A program made the position numbers and the translations under genes. Shown here piece after piece: positions 59,843 to 64,000 of a stretch of 64,000 nt of DNA (position 1 is the stretch's first letter; each line of letters starts with the position of its first letter). Below the pieces are notes generated by a model that saw only the letters and a list, made by a program, of their open reading frames with translations, had not been told where the DNA came from and ran no database searches. Source of the stretch: Leptolyngbyaceae cyanobacterium (GTDB taxonomy: Bacteria > Cyanobacteriota > Cyanobacteriia > Phormidesmidales > Phormidesmidaceae); contig CBDHHL010000032.1 in the NCBI GenBank assembly GCA_965263355.1, positions 704,001-768,000 of the forward strand, in the 5' to 3' direction.

Positions 59843-61918
59843 TCAGGTTTTGCTTCCCATCTCCATAGGTTCCACAGTACTCAGCAATCCTAACAATGGC
59901 CCCATTTGTTCTTGACCATTGAGCGCCAGTTCGCTATGACAGAGATAAAGTCTCTCAGTTGTTCGGCCTAGCAAATCTCGCAAAATTCTCTCCAAGCGAG
60001 CCTCATGCATGGTTTCTGTATCAGTAGCAGTCACTGGTCTCTCGGGCCAGTTGCTGAGAAAAATCTCCGCCCCAAACAGTTCATCACGTCCTGTTAACCA
60101 ACGAGGAGAGCCGGCATCCAGCCAGAACTGCCATCTGTGAGTGAGTCGCTGAGCCCGATACTGAAACACAGTGGCCAACGTCACCCCCTGACGTTCTCCA
60201 TCCAGGGGCCTCGCAGGATAAGGATTAGCCGATACCGTACCCCGCTGCAGCAAACGAATAAATCTGCCCACATCACTGAGGGAATCTTCCCCTGGCATCC
60301 CCCCATAGAGCGCCAATCGCTGTTCCACGTCCCAAAAATACTGGGCGGTCTCCATCAGTTCTCGCAATGCAGACAATTGATCGGTGGGGAGATAATTGCC
60401 ACGCCATAAAAAGTCTTGCACCGCACGATCCAGCACAATGATCGGACTAGCCGGGTAACGCTGCTGTTGTTGTTTCTTTTGTTCGCTAAGCCAGTCCAAA
60501 ATGCGATTGTAGGCGGCTGTGGCCTGATGACCCAGGCGATCCCAACGGGGGAACGTTTCCACTGGCAACAGTCGAGGATGCTCGATATCAGGCACAAAGC
60601 AATGGTCGGCAATCAGCTCAGCCCTTACTGGGTCAATACGGGTCAGATCAAACCAGGGCAAACTGGCCTCGGTTTCTGGATTTTGACTCAGGACCACCAG
60701 CATTTCAGCCACTGCGTCGCGATTTACTAATCGGCCTAACCCTGGATAAATCAGAGTTAATAGCGCGAGTAACGCTCGCACGAAGGGTGAACTAATCAGG
60801 GGACGCTGATCTTTGAGGGAGGCGACAACGATACCCTGGTTGCTTAAAATTTCAATCAGGCTGTAGCGGGCAATAGCATCTAAGCCAGGGCCAATCACGG
60901 CAATATCTGCCGGGGTAATTACTTCACGGTGGATGGCATCGGCAATAAAATCGGCGGTTTGTCGCAACATTTTGCCACGGGTAGTGGCCGTGATTAACTG
61001 GACTGACTCGGGTAATTCTGGCACGGCTAACGGGTCTTGGACCCAATGCACCACATCATCGGCCATGGTATGGCCTAAGCTATCAGCGTCGAAATGGGGC
61101 AATTGCACTCGCTTGCACCCTTCTGCCAATGTCAGGGTAGCGAGTGGATCAGCGCCTACACCCAGACGAACCTGACCACTAGGGTTATAGGTAAAGGCTT
61201 GGGGGCGACCTGCAGCTTTAAAAACTTGGAAGAGAGGGGTTGCGATCGCACTATACTCATCCACATCATCTGCCGCTGTCCCTGCAAATCGGTCCAGCAG
61301 CTGCGTTTGATACTGGGGCAAGGGTAGCAAATACCGCCAATAAAGCTCCGTCATCAACCCATAGGTCAGCAAGCCCCGCTCCAGGCACCAGGCTCGCCAC
61401 TGCAGTAGTGCTGCTCCCATAGCGTCCCAGGTATCCACTGGCACCAAGTTAGGCATCATTCCCTGCCGCAACCGCTGAGTAATCTCTTCAGTAGGAATAC
61501 CTGCAGAGGCCGCCAACTGTAGCAAATCTAAGGCTCGTCGCACGGTTTGAGACTCTGGCCAACCTTCTACCTGCAACTCTCCCGCCAACAGGGGTTCCCA
61601 TAACTGCAGCGCTAGAAGCTGTTCATTTTCCGGTCGCAATTTGAGGGCAAACTGAGCCCTAAGCTCAAGCAGCTCCACCAGTAAAGGCCAGTAAAGGATA
61701 ACCTCACTCTGAATAAATCCTGCTGGCGTCGTTGTACTGTAAGGCAACCGATCTTGAACTGTGGCAGCCAGACGTTGAGCCAGAACCATACGGTTATCAC
61801 CATTGGCCGCAAATACAAGCCAAGGACGCTCAGCCTCAGCTATCTGATGAAGCAGCCAAGTGATCAACCGTTCAGTTTTACCACTGCGGGTAGGCCCTGT
61901 AATCCACATCAACATCAT
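59843..61918 (-). CDS. Conserved cyanobacterial P-loop protein, degenerate SF1 (UvrD/AddB-like) helicase fold; start at one of ATG 61918, 61915 or 61909
   Basis: Walker A GPTRSGKT, Walker B-like AADDVDEY, DIAVI, motif V-like GVTLATVFQYR, motif VI-like GRTTERLYLCHS. Confidence 0.7.
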   Translation of the reverse strand: MMLMWITGPTRSGKTERLITWLLHQIAEAERPWLVFAANGDNRMVLAQRLAATVQDRLPYSTTTPAGFIQSEVILYWPLLVELLELRAQFALKLRPENEQLLALQLWEPLLAGELQVEGWPESQTVRRALDLLQLAASAGIPTEEITQRLRQGMMPNLVPVDTWDAMGAALLQWRAWCLERGLLTYGLMTELYWRYLLPLPQYQTQLLDRFAGTAADDVDEYSAIATPLFQVFKAAGRPQAFTYNPSGQVRLGVGADPLATLTLAEGCKRVQLPHFDADSLGHTMADDVVHWVQDPLAVPELPESVQLITATTRGKMLRQTADFIADAIHREVITPADIAVIGPGLDAIARYSLIEILSNQGIVVASLKDQRPLISSPFVRALLALLTLIYPGLGRLVNRDAVAEMLVVLSQNPETEASLPWFDLTRIDPVRAELIADHCFVPDIEHPRLLPVETFPRWDRLGHQATAAYNRILDWLSEQKKQQQQRYPASPIIVLDRAVQDFLWRGNYLPTDQLSALRELMETAQYFWDVEQRLALYGGMPGEDSLSDVGRFIRLLQRGTVSANPYPARPLDGERQGVTLATVFQYRAQRLTHRWQFWLDAGSPRWLTGRDELFGAEIFLSNWPERPVTATDTETMHEARLERILRDLLGRTTERLYLCHSELALNGQEQMGPLLGLLSTVEPMEMGSKT

Positions 61919-61940
61919 AAATAACCCATCAATAAATACC

Positions 61941-61966
61941 AAAAAAGGCTCATCATTGATGAGCCC
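61941..61966 (-). terminator. Intrinsic terminator downstream of psb34
   Basis: Minus strand GGGCTCATCAATGATGAGCC followed by TTTTTT. Confidence 0.75.
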
Positions 61967-62030
61967 CTCTCACATATGGCTAAAAGCTAAAGATGGCTAT
62001 TAGACAAATCCTATTATCAAATACCAGACT

Positions 62031-62201
62031 CTAGGAAATGACGGTGGTCAGGGCAATCAAACCAACCACAAGGGCAGCTCCCAAAGATCCCAAAATAATA
62101 TAGTTGCGCTTCTCACTAGCCGTTGGAGGCTCAGCTTCATACATCTTAGGCTCAGAAGCATAGTTATTGAGGCGTCCACCCTCTTCAGTGGTGTATGGCA
62201 T
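62031..62201 (-). CDS. psb34: Photosystem II assembly factor Psb34 (Ssl1498 family), 56 aa, not in the ORF track
   Basis: Translated by hand: MPYTTEEGGRLNNYASEPKMYEAEPPTASEKRNYIILGSLGAALVVGLIALTTVIS*; GRLNNYA-EPKMY-A motif plus one TM helix. Confidence 0.9.
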   Translation of the reverse strand: MPYTTEEGGRLNNYASEPKMYEAEPPTASEKRNYIILGSLGAALVVGLIALTTVIS

Positions 62202-62639
62202 AGGTATCAACTCTTGCAGTACGTGTATTTATATTATTTTACTTTAGCAAAATTTGATGTAGTTTTTTGTCGAATTTTACATATTTTGCAATATTTCTTC
62301 GCTACACCTTTTGTTTCGGTTCAATGTTGGTCAGCGCGGGAAAAAAAATAGGAGTTTTAGCAGGTGGCTCTGTTTCCCTGAAATATGCAAAGCAGTTAAC
62401 TTTTTGAGTTCACAAACCTAACCCTACAGAGTTATACGCAAGCCTATATGAAGTTATTGTCAGTGGCCCTAACCATAATCTGGGCATACTGACTTGTACG
62501 ACATAAGTTATTGATTGGGGTCAAAGAATTTCCCAGTTAAACCACGTTCAAGTTGAAACCTGTAGGGTCTTCTAGGTCAAAACGACCGTTCTGGACGTGG
62601 ACAAGGTTTATTTTGATCGATGGTGTAGCTGAGTTACTT

Positions 62640-64000
62640 ATGAACCGAAACCTTAATTTAGCTGGGTTACGCTCCCTGCAGCCGAACCGAATCGGACGTA
62701 GTTTACCTTTACGCGCTGTTCTGATTATTCCATTTGTCTGTCAGATCTTTGCTACGGTTGGTTTGGTGGGTTATTTGTCTTTTCGCAGTGGGCGACAGTC
62801 CGTTAATGAGCTAGCTTTTCAGCTGATGGCCACGGCCAGTGAGAACATTGATCAAAAATTAGAAAATTATCTCGAAGTTCCACATATCATCAACCAGCTA
62901 CGTTTCGATGACTTCAGAAATGGTTTGTTGAGCACCCAAAATATTGAGGCATTGTACCAACACTTTTGGACCCAGAAACAAGCATTCGAATCTGTCAGCT
63001 ATGTTTACATGGGCAGCACCGAGGGCGGTATGATAGCAGCCGGTCGTCTGCCAGACGGGACTTCACTGATCGGGGGAACTGACAACTTTAAAGCAGGTGA
63101 TTACAACATTTACAGAGCCGATAAAACCGGTGAACGAATCGAACTGTTTAAGGTTCTGTCTGATTGGGATGCCTATAACTATGCTTGGTTCACAAAACCT
63201 ATTGAAACAGGCAAACCTACTTGGGGAACACCTTATAAATGGACAGGTAGAGACGTGGTTGCCATTTCTGCGGGGCGTCCTGTCTATAATCCTCAGGGTA
63301 ATCTCGTTGGCACAGTAGCCGTTGATCTCTCTTTGTCGGACATTAGCCAATTTTTACAAACAATTGAGATTAGTCCTTCCAGCTCCATTTTTATTATTGA
63401 AAGTTCTGGAGATCTAATCGCCACCTCGACCAATACACCAGTAGCACTGACTCAAGATGAGAGCACAGTTCGCGTTCAAGCAGTAGACAGCGAAAATAAA
63501 ACTGTTCAGCTGGCTGCCCAGGCCATTCTAGAAACCGTGCCCAGTTGGCAAAGTATTACCCAAGCTTCTCTGTTAAACCTCGAGATAAATGATCAAAAAC
63601 ACTTTGTTACTATTGTTCCCTGGCGAGATAATTTTGGTCTAGATTGGCGAATTGTCATGATTGTCCCCGAAAGCGATTTTATGGGGCAAATCAACCAAAA
63701 TGTACGCCGCACTATTATTCTATGTTCAGCAGCACTAGGAGCCTCCATATTATTTGGGATTTTAACGGCTCGTTGGGTAGTTCAACCGATTCTCAAACTA
63801 AACCAATCTGCGAGGGATTTAGCTCAGGGACATTGGAATACACCTATTATTGCCGAGCGCAATGATGAAGTAGGAGAATTGGCTATATCATTTAAGGATA
63901 TGGCTAAACAACTCCAAAATTCGTTTAGCATGCTAGAAGAAAAAGTCCAAGAACGAACCAATGCCTTAGCTGCCGCTAAAGATATAGCCGATAAAGCTAA
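62640..64000 (+). CDS. Membrane sensor with Cache and HAMP domains, probably a hybrid histidine kinase; truncated by window end
   Basis: ATG at 62640; LRAVLIIPFVCQIFATVGLVGYLSFRSG TM1; LDWRIVMIVPESDFMGQI; HAMP RNDEVGELAISFKDMA; LEEKVQERTNALAAAKDIADKA; frame open to the end. Confidence 0.85.
   Translation, partial: MNRNLNLAGLRSLQPNRIGRSLPLRAVLIIPFVCQIFATVGLVGYLSFRSGRQSVNELAFQLMATASENIDQKLENYLEVPHIINQLRFDDFRNGLLSTQNIEALYQHFWTQKQAFESVSYVYMGSTEGGMIAAGRLPDGTSLIGGTDNFKAGDYNIYRADKTGERIELFKVLSDWDAYNYAWFTKPIETGKPTWGTPYKWTGRDVVAISAGRPVYNPQGNLVGTVAVDLSLSDISQFLQTIEISPSSSIFIIESSGDLIATSTNTPVALTQDESTVRVQAVDSENKTVQLAAQAILETVPSWQSITQASLLNLEINDQKHFVTIVPWRDNFGLDWRIVMIVPESDFMGQINQNVRRTIILCSAALGASILFGILTARWVVQPILKLNQSARDLAQGHWNTPIIAERNDEVGELAISFKDMAKQLQNSFSMLEEKVQERTNALAAAKDIADKA

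Noticed and set aside
63063..63865. Short ORFs listed at the right end
   Set aside because: They fall inside the long open frame starting at 62640, which the track omitted because it has no stop codon in the window.

Overview
Chromosomal window from a cyanobacterium, judged by about 20 HIP1 GCGATCGC octamers, NtcA/NtcB-type promoters and psb34; gene style suggests a filamentous Leptolyngbya-like lineage, which is inference. From left to right it holds: (1) a 5'-truncated muramidase; (2) a nitrate-assimilation cluster (cnaT-ntcB-nirB divergent from nirA, then nrtP and narB), where NirA carries a fused C-terminal 2Fe-2S ferredoxin, NtcA and NtcB boxes are readable at most promoters, and two small membrane-protein ORFs plus a perfect 62-bp palindrome lie between nirA and nrtP; (3) a CBS/cyanobacteriochrome-GAF histidine kinase; (4) a small accessory, defence-like islet (internally deleted Rpn and NACHT genes, Uma2 nuclease, AAA/PD-(D/E)XK protein); (5) a polar amino-acid ABC transporter; (6) ilvN, a pseudo-caspase, an Npt-like carrier with HEAT repeats plus a cNMP-binding partner, an ATP-grasp/XRE/isoaspartyl-peptidase group, a MASE1 adenylate cyclase and metY-metX; (7) a four-gene tocopherol cluster; (8) three tandem paralogous secreted ~750-aa alpha-solenoid proteins behind two tiny XRE-HTH paralogues; (9) a degenerate SF1-helicase-like gene, psb34 and a sensor kinase cut by the window end. 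No rRNA, tRNA, CRISPR array or intact IS element was recognised. The best candidates for undescribed biology are the secreted-solenoid/twin-HTH locus and the small proteins under NtcB/NtcA-like boxes inside the nitrate cluster. All family calls come from motif recognition by eye, not from database searches.
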